Of a stretch of 26,951 nucleotides of DNA, positions 16,390 to 25,745 are shown in pieces (within the stretch, counting starts at the first letter, position 1; every line of letters starts with the position of its first letter). A program made the position numbers and the translations under genes. Under the pieces are notes generated by a model. That model was not told the DNA's origin. It saw only the letters and a program-made list of their open reading frames with translations, and ran no database searches. Location: assembly GCA_965369865.1 (NCBI GenBank), contig CBDURU010000039.1, positions 1 to 26,951 of the forward strand. The letters run 5' to 3'. Origin of the DNA: an uncultured bacterium. Its GTDB lineage: Bacteria > JAJVIF01 > JAPKYR01.

Positions 16390-17445
16390 TCATTTCTTTT
16401 TCTTCTTCTTTGGAGGTTTCTCCATAACCATGGGTCTCGGGTATCGGTAGTTTCTTGTGTTCAACATTACGATGAAAATTAATAGAGCGAATACGATTAT
16501 GGCCCATATTACGGTCCCGGTTGGTGAGTTCGAGGGCTGCCCTGATTGAGTACCCCTGGAAGCGGCTATTGAGATCGTCCCGGCATTAAAGGCAGCCTGG
16601 GTAATGAACGATCCTCCGCTTTCGTTATCGAGGAACCGTACATAACAGATCGGTGTCCTGGTTTCAGTGGCAATTTCCCATGCGATATTCCCCGCTTCGG
16701 TATCATTCATGCTTTTTGGAATAACAATGCCCGCGTAATTAATATCGAAGAGGTTATTTGTAATCGCCTGTAAATCCTGCCCGGTAGCGAACTCACCATC
16801 CGGCCTCTTTACTATATCGCCAACCTCGAGGTCCAGATTATCGATTACGTAGGCAACCTCCGGGACCATCGCCACCCAGACACTGCGTTCGCGTTCCAGA
16901 GAATGAATAAGATCGTTTCCGGCTTGTGTGATTGCATCGAGATCGCTTTTAAATATTGAGAGCCTTTCTGAAACCATTTCACTATCCAGCCCTTTTGAAA
17001 TAAGGCTGTCAGCAATCACTCCCGCAATTGCCTTCGCGTTCTCGTGCCCGAGCCAGTATCCATAGGGATTCAGTTCATATCCGGGGAATGCCTTAAAAAT
17101 AACTCCATTGTCCTGATAATCCGGCAAATCGATGAAATTTATTTCACTATACGTCTCCAGAATTTCTCTTTCAAATTGAATAGACCGGGAGTTCGTCAGG
17201 ATAATTAAATCCGAGGATTCGACTTCCTCGATGCTTTCCGATGACGGGGTGAAATTATCCGGATCGGCTCCAGGCGGCATCAATGTTATAATTTCAACAT
17301 CGTCACCGCCAAGCGTCTCCACAATTGGCGCCAGGTCGGGATTGGTGGCAATAACTTTTATTCTCCCTTCGGTCTGGGCGTTTCCCGGAAGGACCATCGA
17401 TATAAGTAAAAGCGCAGTAACAAGACTAGTCGGCATCCATCGCAT
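16390..17445 (-). CDS. ZnuA/TroA-fold substrate-binding-like protein with a C-terminal membrane anchor; metal-ligand His residues absent
   Basis: Signal peptide. IKVIAT..LAPIV..LGGD.V....LMPPGADP motif and a YWL...NA..IA helix. C-terminal TM plus poly-Lys. Confidence 0.75.
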   Translation of the reverse strand: MRWMPTSLVTALLLISMVLPGNAQTEGRIKVIATNPDLAPIVETLGGDDVEIITLMPPGADPDNFTPSSESIEEVESSDLIILTNSRSIQFEREILETYSEINFIDLPDYQDNGVIFKAFPGYELNPYGYWLGHENAKAIAGVIADSLISKGLDSEMVSERLSIFKSDLDAITQAGNDLIHSLERERSVWVAMVPEVAYVIDNLDLEVGDIVKRPDGEFATGQDLQAITNNLFDINYAGIVIPKSMNDTEAGNIAWEIATETRTPICYVRFLDNESGGSFITQAAFNAGTISIAASRGTQSGQPSNSPTGTVIWAIIVFALLIFIVMLNTRNYRYPRPMVMEKPPKKKKKK

Positions 17446-17478
17446 TTTATTTCCTCCAGAATTCCGGAAAGGTCAATT

Positions 17479-18222
17479 TTGTCATTAATCCTTATTGAAT
17501 TCAAACGTTTTCCATTGAAGATTTGCCCGATTGCCTCAAACCGTGGCATGATATCCGTTGCCGCATCAGGGCCGGATCATCACATGATTGATTCAGATAC
17601 AGAAAAAACAGTAAATGTAAAACATTTTCCCGACATGAATCTTAAGAAATGGGAAGCATGGGGATTCACTGTGCGCGAAATTCTGCGTACACCAAGGTAC
17701 AATTTTCTTTTCCAGAAGGTCAGCCCCGGACTAATTGAAACGGAAGGTGATGATCGATCTTATATCCTTGAAGGGATATGGTATCGTGTCGATGAGGAAA
17801 CCGAGCGTCGTCTCGCTAAAGCGTCATGGATTACTTACGCAATACTGGCGGTGATGTTCTGGGTTATGCTCAGGATGGTATGGATTGGATTGACATCGCT
17901 GTCCGGAATTATTTTTGTCATGATGTTCTTCATTGTTGAAGGGTTCGCGTCGGCAGCCCTTGCCAGGCTGGCTTCGGCAACCAGGACGAACCGGATTTCT
18001 ATCCCTATGGACACAATTGAGAAAGTTTCATTGATTTCTGATCCGGGAGTGCTTCTTATCGGATGGGTAAACAAGGATATTAATTCCGGGCTGGCAATTG
18101 GTTTTACTAGGGAGAAAGCAAGGTTGGTTTTCGATGAATTGAAAATTAAGGTAAAAAATAACGCTAATTTTAAGATTCACGAAAACGTCAGGCTTGGAAA
18201 TCCTCCAGGTAATAAAAATTAA
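17479..18222 (+). CDS. Hypothetical 2-TM membrane protein (true start probably ATG 17584 or 17635)
   Basis: Long ORF with two central hydrophobic helices and a beta-rich C-terminal part. Confidence 0.65.
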   Translation: MSLILIEFKRFPLKICPIASNRGMISVAASGPDHHMIDSDTEKTVNVKHFPDMNLKKWEAWGFTVREILRTPRYNFLFQKVSPGLIETEGDDRSYILEGIWYRVDEETERRLAKASWITYAILAVMFWVMLRMVWIGLTSLSGIIFVMMFFIVEGFASAALARLASATRTNRISIPMDTIEKVSLISDPGVLLIGWVNKDINSGLAIGFTREKARLVFDELKIKVKNNANFKIHENVRLGNPPGNKN

Positions 18223-18283
18223 ACGAAACTCCATGATCCTGTTTACATCGTGTATAGTAATATAACTGGTAATTCCAATCATC

Positions 18284-19027
18284 ATGACCATTACAGAAAA
18301 AATAATCCAGGCGATGGAAGAAGCCGCAAGGGAGTCCAATACGGGAAAAACCCAGCCCGGATCCAGGATGAGATTATATCCTGGTAAAAGGAGAGTCATT
18401 AAAAAGAGGGCTACCACCGAATTTGAGCTTGTCGGCTATGCAGTCGCCTGGCCACCGATAAAATGGGATGATCTTGGTCTGGGACTTATCAGGAACATGG
18501 GTTTCGTTCACAACCGCCCGGTAAAATTATCATTTAATAAGGGTGAATGGTCCGTAAGCGGTCCTGCCGCAAATTCAACGGTTCTCTGGTTTATTGCTGC
18601 CGGCGGCGGTGGACTGGTCTACTTTCTCAGGGATCTCCTGGCCCAGATAGATAACTGGGGCCCGATTTTCCAGGGTTTGATCCCTGCGTTAATACCGCTC
18701 CTGAGTCTTTTCTTCCGCAAGAGAACATTGAAATTCAAACCGTATGAAATTGAAATGCTGGCCTATGACACTGAAAGCCATATCCTGATCTTAAGTACGC
18801 TTACACAGCCGGGCGGTGTTGTAGCTCTCAGGCCGCAACTCCCCCAGGATGAGAAGCGTATGAGGGATGAGGAAAAAAGAATTATGCAGAATCTCCGTAA
18901 GCTCCATAACGGCTTCTTTAAGATCGACGGCCTCGCGACACCGGATATGGCTGCCCTCAAATCGTGGTCATTATGGACTTTCGTATGGTTGAGTATTGCC
19001 TATCTTTACTACCGGTACTACACATAA
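18284..19027 (+). CDS. Hypothetical membrane protein
   Basis: 247-aa ORF; two central TMs and one C-terminal TM. Confidence 0.7.
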   Translation: MTITEKIIQAMEEAARESNTGKTQPGSRMRLYPGKRRVIKKRATTEFELVGYAVAWPPIKWDDLGLGLIRNMGFVHNRPVKLSFNKGEWSVSGPAANSTVLWFIAAGGGGLVYFLRDLLAQIDNWGPIFQGLIPALIPLLSLFFRKRTLKFKPYEIEMLAYDTESHILILSTLTQPGGVVALRPQLPQDEKRMRDEEKRIMQNLRKLHNGFFKIDGLATPDMAALKSWSLWTFVWLSIAYLYYRYYT

Positions 19028-19032
19028 CCCCA

Positions 19033-20571
19033 CTACCACAATCGCGAGATTTCCACCCCGGTATAAAAATATCTCAGGATCTGATTATACGTCCAGTCGT
19101 TCTCGGCAAGGATTCTTGCCCCATGCTGGCTCATCCCAACTCCATGACCGGACCCATGCCCGATAAATACGATTGATCCATTGCTTGGATTACCAACACC
19201 CGCGCCAGGATCATCGATAATTTCACCTTCAATATTGCAGCCTGCCGCCAAATCCTCTGCTGAATTTACCGAAAATGAAAATTCACCGCCTATTGAGTTT
19301 AAGGTGAGTTCGTAAACACGCAGCGGTTCCGCGATCCAGATGTAACCGCCCTGATAAACCGTTAAATCGGATGCGCTTAATACGTGGATTATTTCAGTCG
19401 AGCTGGAACCATCGGATGAAATCACCGTGCATCGCTCAACTGGGGTTGCCACCGGATATGGGATATAAATCTCTGGATTGACAAGTGATATTGACTCAAT
19501 AGGTTCGGACATCGGGATATGGCTGTAATTATCGTTTGTGCTCTCGTCCGGAATTTCAGGAGCATCCTGGCCCTCCACCGTAAAATATGTCGATTCAAGA
19601 TTCGCCGGTCCAAGAGCGCGTCTTAAATCCGATCCCGATACAAGCAGCACACCATTCGTATGTACAATTTTTATTTCACTCGCCCTCCCTTCGGACGAAA
19701 ACCTGTGCACAAAAACCCGCTGGATATTTCCGATTGTGAACCCGTAGTTTCGTATGGCTGAAGCTAGCGATCCGGTCGATATCCTCCAGGTCCACCGGTG
19801 AATTGTGGAATCTCTTGATGGAACCGCCCTGAGGTAAGGAAGATTGCGTCCGAACATCTCCTCTCCGCTGGCTGTCCATCCGCCCGATGCCGCGTGATAA
19901 TAAGCGATTATCGGAAGCCCGTTGAACGTGCATACAATTCCGGATGTATCGAGGCACGCCTTTGTAGTGCTTTCAGTTTCGTTCCCTGCACCGCGGTACA
20001 CCTGGTCGACAACTGTTGAATACACATCGAACGGCCTGTCAGGATATTGCGAAAGCGCCCTTAGCGTGTATGTCCTTGCCGCGACAGCCTGGGCGCGTAA
20101 CGCTTCCGTCGCCCAGGAGCTTGGCACCTCGGACGGCACAACACCCCATAAATATTCTTCGATTGGTAATACATTGATACAGATCAGCTTACCTTCCCAA
20201 ACCTGGATACGGATAATCCTCCTGTACGATCTATTGTTGCAGGACAGTAGATCGGATGCATTTTTCAGAATAATCGAAAAGCCATCGGTCGTCGATCCCC
20301 CTGCACCGTTCAGCCTGACCTGGCCGCCAGCCAGATCGAATGAAAAAATATGGCCTGAATCGTATGACTGGATGGACTCTATGGTCATCAGGCGATTGAT
20401 TTGGCAGGGGCCGTTCGAGAAGACCGATATGCTCGTTGCGTTAGTTACAATCGCGGCCCTGATCCATGGCTGGGCCTGATTGGCTGTATCGGCTGATGTT
20501 ATCGGTGGATGGCATAAGAATATTAATACGAAATAAAATGCGGCAACCAGTATTCTTCCAGTGTTAATCAT
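19033..20571 (-). CDS. SpoIID/LytB domain protein (lytic transglycosylase-like)
   Basis: EEYLWGVVPSE, EALRAQAVAARTY, DQVYRG, PYLRAV, GHGVGMSQHGA, ILRYFYTG. N-terminal signal peptide. Confidence 0.93.
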   Translation of the reverse strand: MINTGRILVAAFYFVLIFLCHPPITSADTANQAQPWIRAAIVTNATSISVFSNGPCQINRLMTIESIQSYDSGHIFSFDLAGGQVRLNGAGGSTTDGFSIILKNASDLLSCNNRSYRRIIRIQVWEGKLICINVLPIEEYLWGVVPSEVPSSWATEALRAQAVAARTYTLRALSQYPDRPFDVYSTVVDQVYRGAGNETESTTKACLDTSGIVCTFNGLPIIAYYHAASGGWTASGEEMFGRNLPYLRAVPSRDSTIHRWTWRISTGSLASAIRNYGFTIGNIQRVFVHRFSSEGRASEIKIVHTNGVLLVSGSDLRRALGPANLESTYFTVEGQDAPEIPDESTNDNYSHIPMSEPIESISLVNPEIYIPYPVATPVERCTVISSDGSSSTEIIHVLSASDLTVYQGGYIWIAEPLRVYELTLNSIGGEFSFSVNSAEDLAAGCNIEGEIIDDPGAGVGNPSNGSIVFIGHGSGHGVGMSQHGARILAENDWTYNQILRYFYTGVEISRLW

Positions 20572-20610
20572 ACCTGTATAGAATATATATCGACCTGGCT
20601 GTCCTTCATT

Positions 20611-20844
20611 TTACCTGCCCCTGACCATAGCGATGAGCCGGAATATGATGGTTAAAAGAATGGATAGAACCACGCACGTCGCGATCGGTATATAAATCCG
20701 TGAATTTTCATTTTCGATACGGATGTCGCCGGGAAGCCTTCCGAGCCACCCTAACGCTTTCGATCCCCATCCGAAATAGATAACCGTACCGATTACAACC
20801 AGAATAATCCCGAAGAAAATTATGTATTTACCGGCTTCCTGCAT
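20611..20844 (-). CDS. DUF2905 family small membrane protein (alternative TTG start at 20874)
   Basis: WLGRLPGDIRIE......YIPIATCVVLSILLT signature. Confidence 0.88.
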   Translation of the reverse strand: MQEAGKYIIFFGIILVVIGTVIYFGWGSKALGWLGRLPGDIRIENENSRIYIPIATCVVLSILLTIIFRLIAMVRGR

Positions 20845-20870
20845 TAATGGCACCCATATTTCATTGGTTT

Positions 20871-21818
20871 TCAATCGTCATCACAATCGGTATCGGGAAT
20901 GTATTTATGGCTCTTGAATCCATAGTCTGCCAGGGCTTTGATGACATCTTCGATTAACCAGTCGGGAGTGCTGGCCCCCGCTGTGACCCCGATTTTCCTC
21001 CGTCCAAGGAGCCATCCTTTTTTCAGCTCCTCCGGGGTCTCGATATGATAAGTATCCACTCCCCTGTCGCGGCAGATATCGGTAAGTTTTCGGGTGTTGG
21101 ACGATCGCCGGCCACCGATTACAATCATGGCGTCGACTTTCCCTGCAATACTCCGCGCGGCAGCCTGGCGTTTCACGGTGGCGTCGCAGATCGTGTTTCG
21201 CACGACAAGATCGGGTACCTGCTTTTTAAGCATTTCTACTGCTGCATCGAAAAATTCGGTATTCAAGGTGGTTTGTGCGATAACTCCAAGTTTTTCAGGG
21301 GGATTCTCGAAAACCGGGAGTTCATCGAGATCACTCGCTGTAAGGGCTTCATCGTTGACAAAATCCCTTAGCGCTACTATTTCAGGGTGATCTTTCAAAC
21401 CGAGAATAAGAATTTTGTAACCTTCGTCATACAGCTCCCTCACTATACGTTGGGCTTTTTTTACGAACATGCATGTGGCGTCGATTATCCTGAAATTCTT
21501 TGCCTCCATCTCTTTGTAAATCGATGGCCCGATTCCGTGGCTGCGAACTACTACATGGCTGCCTTCCGGAATTTCTTCGATTGTTTTCGCGACCTTAACC
21601 CCGAGCGCTTTCAAGGTTCTGACTACCTGTGGATTATGGATCAACGGCCCGTAGGTGTAGATAGTCCCTTTATCCTCTTTAATTTCATAAAGGACCATAT
21701 TTAATGCACGTTCGACACCGAGACAGAATCCTGCTTTCTCAGCGACAAGGATCTCCACGTCCTGTTCTTTCCGGTCGGGAGATTCTGCAAGCGTTTTCTT
21801 TTCAACCTGTTTCTTCAA
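20871..21818 (-). CDS. ispH: 4-hydroxy-3-methylbut-2-enyl diphosphate reductase
   Basis: GFCLGV, IHN, RSHG, DATC, AQTT, NTIC.AT..RQ, SSN, GVTAGASTP; three Fe-S Cys. Confidence 0.96.
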   Translation of the reverse strand: MKKQVEKKTLAESPDRKEQDVEILVAEKAGFCLGVERALNMVLYEIKEDKGTIYTYGPLIHNPQVVRTLKALGVKVAKTIEEIPEGSHVVVRSHGIGPSIYKEMEAKNFRIIDATCMFVKKAQRIVRELYDEGYKILILGLKDHPEIVALRDFVNDEALTASDLDELPVFENPPEKLGVIAQTTLNTEFFDAAVEMLKKQVPDLVVRNTICDATVKRQAAARSIAGKVDAMIVIGGRRSSNTRKLTDICRDRGVDTYHIETPEELKKGWLLGRRKIGVTAGASTPDWLIEDVIKALADYGFKSHKYIPDTDCDDD

Positions 21819-21835
21819 TTTAACCTTCGTTTATC

Positions 21836-21863
21836 ATTATAACTTTCCTGGCTTCAACTTCAA
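21836..21863 (-). promoter_or_regulatory. Possible ispH promoter
   Basis: TTGAAG-16 bp-TATAAT just upstream of the TTG start. Confidence 0.45.
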
Positions 21864-21910
21864 AACCCGAATGATGGTAATATCTCATTCCGCATTTAAG
21901 GGGAGTCATA

Positions 21911-21919
21911 TGTTATAAT
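21911..21919 (+). promoter_or_regulatory. Extended -10 element (TGtTATAAT) for the divergent DUF1844-der gene run
   Basis: Exact TGnTATAAT in the intergenic region. Confidence 0.5.
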
Positions 21920-21993
21920 CCGACCCGCCCTGATGTCTCGATGTCTGAGCGTGTTTTTTATGCAATTTTTTATGTTTTTGAGAGGACAATGCT

Positions 21994-22524
21994 ATGCATG
22001 ACAATAACAACGAAGAAAAGAAGCCGAAATTCAAGATTGTCGATAGACGCAGAATCGATGTGGATGATATTGAGCCTGCAAGTACACCAGTCGAGAAAGA
22101 ACCTGTATCCACACCCAAGAACGGGAACGCCCCTGATTTAAAAGCGGTAGACGGTGATGAAAAAGGACCTGAAATCCTTGAAGAAGAGCCATCGGAGCCG
22201 GATTTCAAGGTCGCTGAGGACACTGAACCCGGTCCCGAGCCGTCTGGAGAAAATGAAAGCGCCGGCCAGGATCCCCTGGAATATTTAAATATTGCTTTAT
22301 CTTTCCTTCAGACCCTGGTTTCTGTCAGTTGGGTACATCTCGGATTAGTCCCGCACCCTCAAACAAAACTTGTTACTAAAAAACTCGAGGATGCCAGTAA
22401 GTCAATTGAGATGTTCGAATTGATCTTTGGAAATGTACGGGATGATCTGCCGCCGCAACTTGTGGTTGAGCTTGAGAGGACCCTTCAGGACATGAAAGCG
22501 AACTATGTAAACCAGTTGTCATAG
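21994..22524 (+). CDS. DUF1844 domain protein
   Basis: N-terminal FKIVDRRR, acidic disordered linker, C-terminal HLGLVPHP.T......LEDA...I....L...MKANYV. Confidence 0.8.
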   Translation: MHDNNNEEKKPKFKIVDRRRIDVDDIEPASTPVEKEPVSTPKNGNAPDLKAVDGDEKGPEILEEEPSEPDFKVAEDTEPGPEPSGENESAGQDPLEYLNIALSFLQTLVSVSWVHLGLVPHPQTKLVTKKLEDASKSIEMFELIFGNVRDDLPPQLVVELERTLQDMKANYVNQLS

Positions 22525-22608
22525 GGTGGAATTAAAAACTCATTATACATAAAGTCCTTCAGAATGGGTTTTCCAAATTTTAAAAGCGTGTAAGTTTCTA
22601 TTCATACC

Positions 22609-23943
22609 ATGGCCGGAATCCCGCATATAGCTATCCTTGGACGTCCTAACGTAGGAAAGAGTACTCTTTTCAATCGTCTTGTCGGACGACGCACGGCCAT
22701 TGTCGATCCTGCACCCGGTATCACCCGCGACCGGATCGAGGGTATCTTTGAATGGGAAGGGCGCAGTTACAGGGTTTCCGATCTCGCCGGATGGGATGAA
22801 GACCCGGCTAATCCATTCGCGAAGGAAACCACCGATCAAATCTCCAGAATTGCGGAAGATGCCGATGCCCTGGTTCTTCTGGTCGATGGCCAGGACGGGC
22901 TTACCGAGTGGGACAGGGCACTTGCTGAAAAACTTCGGGTCGTTTCTACTCCAGTAATACTGGTTGTTAATAAATGCGATACCGTTCAGGTTTTCGATAA
23001 GGTAAATGTGTTTTACGAATTAGGTATTGGAGAACCTGTCCCCATTTCCGCGACCCATAATCTGAATGTCGATCAGTTGCTGGACCGGGTTGCGGAACTC
23101 ACAGTGGATATCGAAATCCCTGAACAGGTTGAAGCTGATAATGAAAAAATTACAGTTTCGATCCTTGGGAGGCAGAACTCGGGCAAAAGCACCCTGTTTA
23201 ACGCCCTTGTCGGGGATCACCGCGCTATCGTCAGTGACATTCCGGGTACGACCCGTGATGCGGTAGATACAGGAATTGAGGTTGGTGGAGAACGGTTCAT
23301 ATTTATCGATACTGCAGGATTGAAAAAACGCTCCCGTGTATTGCCGGGTGTGGATTATTACGCAACAAGGCGTACTGATATGGCACTTGCCAGATGCGAG
23401 GTCGCTTTACTTCTGGTAGACTGCACGGAAGGTGTGACCGATACCGACCGGAAAATTGCCGGCCTGATCCAGAAAGCGGGCCGTGCCTGTGTTCTTGTGG
23501 CCAGCAAATGGGACGAATCGGACGATGAAACCGGCCATAGGCATAAATTCGAGGAACATCTCCGGGAGAAGCTTCATTTCGTTACATACGCCCCGATCGT
23601 TTTTACATCGGGACTTTACAATACTGGAACAGGCGAGTTATTTCCGGTAATAAGAAATGTGTGGGATGAATATCACAGGAAGGTTTCCACAAGTGAATGG
23701 AATACTGCGATGAACGACGCGGTTACCTATCGTCCACCTCCATCCTTTCGTGGAAAACTCCTTAAGTTGAATTACATCACCCAGATCGGGATCGCTCCGC
23801 CAAGGGTGGCGATTTTTGTGAATCAGCCCGATTTCCTTTCGGATCAGTACAAGAGATACCTTGAGAGATTTTTCAGAAGGCGATTCGGGTACCAGGGTTC
23901 GCCGATACTTATCAGCCTCAGGAAAAAGAGCAAGGTAAAGTAA
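22609..23943 (+). CDS. der: Ribosome biogenesis GTPase Der (EngA)
   Basis: Two tandem G domains (GRPNVGKSTLFNRL/GITRD/NKCD and GRQNSGKST/GTTRD/DTAG) plus a KH-like C-terminus ending in YKRYLE..FR..FG..GSP. Confidence 0.96.
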   Translation: MAGIPHIAILGRPNVGKSTLFNRLVGRRTAIVDPAPGITRDRIEGIFEWEGRSYRVSDLAGWDEDPANPFAKETTDQISRIAEDADALVLLVDGQDGLTEWDRALAEKLRVVSTPVILVVNKCDTVQVFDKVNVFYELGIGEPVPISATHNLNVDQLLDRVAELTVDIEIPEQVEADNEKITVSILGRQNSGKSTLFNALVGDHRAIVSDIPGTTRDAVDTGIEVGGERFIFIDTAGLKKRSRVLPGVDYYATRRTDMALARCEVALLLVDCTEGVTDTDRKIAGLIQKAGRACVLVASKWDESDDETGHRHKFEEHLREKLHFVTYAPIVFTSGLYNTGTGELFPVIRNVWDEYHRKVSTSEWNTAMNDAVTYRPPPSFRGKLLKLNYITQIGIAPPRVAIFVNQPDFLSDQYKRYLERFFRRRFGYQGSPILISLRKKSKVK

Positions 23944-24725
23944 TGCAAGATCAAGTGGCAACGAACTGGGAGATGTTACCGATTACGAAGGCAGTACTTG
24001 TAATCACTGCATCCTACCTGGTTGGGTCGATTCCAATAGGACTTATCGTCGCACGAATCGCTCGCGGGATCGATATACGTGAGCACGGTTCAGGGAACAT
24101 CGGACTAACCAACATAATTAGAACACTTGGATGGGGACCTGGAATAATCACCGGCTTCCTGGATTTCCTTAAGGGTTACCTGCTTGTTTTTATCACCATG
24201 AGGATGTTCGATCCTGCTGATTTCGGTGGAGTGTATTCTATTTATGAAATAATTATTATCATTGTTGCCGCCATTACTATGCTTGGAAATATTTATCCTG
24301 TTTTCTTACTGTTTAAAGGTGGAAAGGGTGTCGCAACAGGACTCGGCGTCATGAGCGCCCTGCTCGGGGTATATATTTTCATCCCGATTGCGGTCTTTGG
24401 ATTGATCCTGTTGATTTTCCGATTTGTTTCAATGGCGAGTATCGCCGCCTCGATTTCGGTGCCTTTAACCGTCCTCTTACTCACATCAAAGCTCCCTTTC
24501 ATCAGACCTGAAAGCCAAAGTGCCTTGGCTATTCTTTTAACATTCACTTGGGCGGCTGCCATTTTGATACTATTCAAGCATACTAAAAACCTGAAAAAAA
24601 TTATCGCCGGCAGGGAGCCCAGGATCGGGAAACCTAAAGAACCCGAACTTCCAGTGCCTGAATCGGATGATAAAATCGGTGAGAATGTCGAAGTATTAAC
24701 GAAAAGTGAGACTGAAGATGTGTAG
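23943..24725 (+). CDS. plsY: Glycerol-3-phosphate acyltransferase PlsY
   Basis: YLVGSIP, DIREHGSGNIG.TN..R, FKGGKGVAT, H..N; der-plsY-gpsA synteny. Confidence 0.94.
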   Translation: MQDQVATNWEMLPITKAVLVITASYLVGSIPIGLIVARIARGIDIREHGSGNIGLTNIIRTLGWGPGIITGFLDFLKGYLLVFITMRMFDPADFGGVYSIYEIIIIIVAAITMLGNIYPVFLLFKGGKGVATGLGVMSALLGVYIFIPIAVFGLILLIFRFVSMASIAASISVPLTVLLLTSKLPFIRPESQSALAILLTFTWAAAILILFKHTKNLKKIIAGREPRIGKPKEPELPVPESDDKIGENVEVLTKSETEDV

Positions 24726-25719
24726 CCGGCTCAATTACGAGGTTGGAATTATTGGCGCAGGTGCCTGGGGTACCACAATAGCCGCACACCTTAGTCGTAA
24801 TGGTCATCCCTCGCTTATCTGGGCACTCGAACCGGAAGTTGTAAATGAAATAAACACAAACCATAAAAATTCCATATTTTTAAAGGATATTGAGCTTCCG
24901 GAATCTCTCACTGCAACAGGGAAATTTAATGATTTTGAAAATATCGACCGCCTTATAATCGTAGTTCCATCCGCATATTTCGCCGATGTAACAGGTAAGC
25001 TGAAAGGTCATGTAAAAAAGGGAACCTCAATTGTCTCAGCGACAAAGGGATTTATCTCATCCGATTTAATGAGGCCCACAGAGTATCTCGAAAGGCTGTT
25101 CCCCGACAATTCAATCGGTGCCCTGAGCGGACCTAACCTTTCAAGGGAAGTCGTCATGGGACTTCCCGCTATCAGCCTTGTCGCGTCCTCTGATGACAAC
25201 CTCGTTAAGGAATTCCAGCACCTTATTTCATCAGACCGGTTCAGGGTTTATGGTGGAAACGATATGACGGGCACTGAACTCGGTGGCGCGCTTAAAAATA
25301 TCATCGCTATTGCAGCCGGTATGGTCTACGGCCTGAAACTTGGCGAGAATTCCCTGGCCGCCCTGATAACCCGGGGCCTTGCGGAAATGATTAAACTTGG
25401 AGGCAAACTCGGCGCTGAGACAAGGACTTTTTTCGGCGTAAGCGGCCTGGGGGACCTGGTCTGTACATCACAGAGTACCCTGAGCAGGAATCACGAGGTT
25501 GGACGGCGGGTCGCATCCGGTGAGAAACTTGATGGCATACTTGCGTCAAAACCGTCTGTCGCTGAGGGTGTAGTGACCACGAAGCTTGTCCAGGAATTTT
25601 CTTCGATGCACGACCTGGACATGCCCATCACCAATGCTGTTTACACGGTCCTTTTTGAAGATCGCGACCCAAAACATGCTGTCTACGAACTGATGACGCG
25701 TTCGCTGAAAATGGAATAA
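24706..25719 (+). CDS. gpsA: NAD(P)H-dependent glycerol-3-phosphate dehydrogenase (start may be ATG 24718)
   Basis: GAGAWGT, ATKG, LSGPN, GGALKNIIAIAAG, GLGDL..T, SRN. Confidence 0.95.
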   Translation: MRLKMCSRLNYEVGIIGAGAWGTTIAAHLSRNGHPSLIWALEPEVVNEINTNHKNSIFLKDIELPESLTATGKFNDFENIDRLIIVVPSAYFADVTGKLKGHVKKGTSIVSATKGFISSDLMRPTEYLERLFPDNSIGALSGPNLSREVVMGLPAISLVASSDDNLVKEFQHLISSDRFRVYGGNDMTGTELGGALKNIIAIAAGMVYGLKLGENSLAALITRGLAEMIKLGGKLGAETRTFFGVSGLGDLVCTSQSTLSRNHEVGRRVASGEKLDGILASKPSVAEGVVTTKLVQEFSSMHDLDMPITNAVYTVLFEDRDPKHAVYELMTRSLKME

Positions 25720-25745
25720 GATTACCATTCAATATAATTTGCTGG

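Noticed and set aside
22609..24725. Motif deviations in Der (DLAG, GRQNSGKS, SKWD) and PlsY (GNIYP in place of GH..P)
   Set aside because: Core consensus motifs remain intact; consistent with ordinary divergence in a deep-branching lineage.
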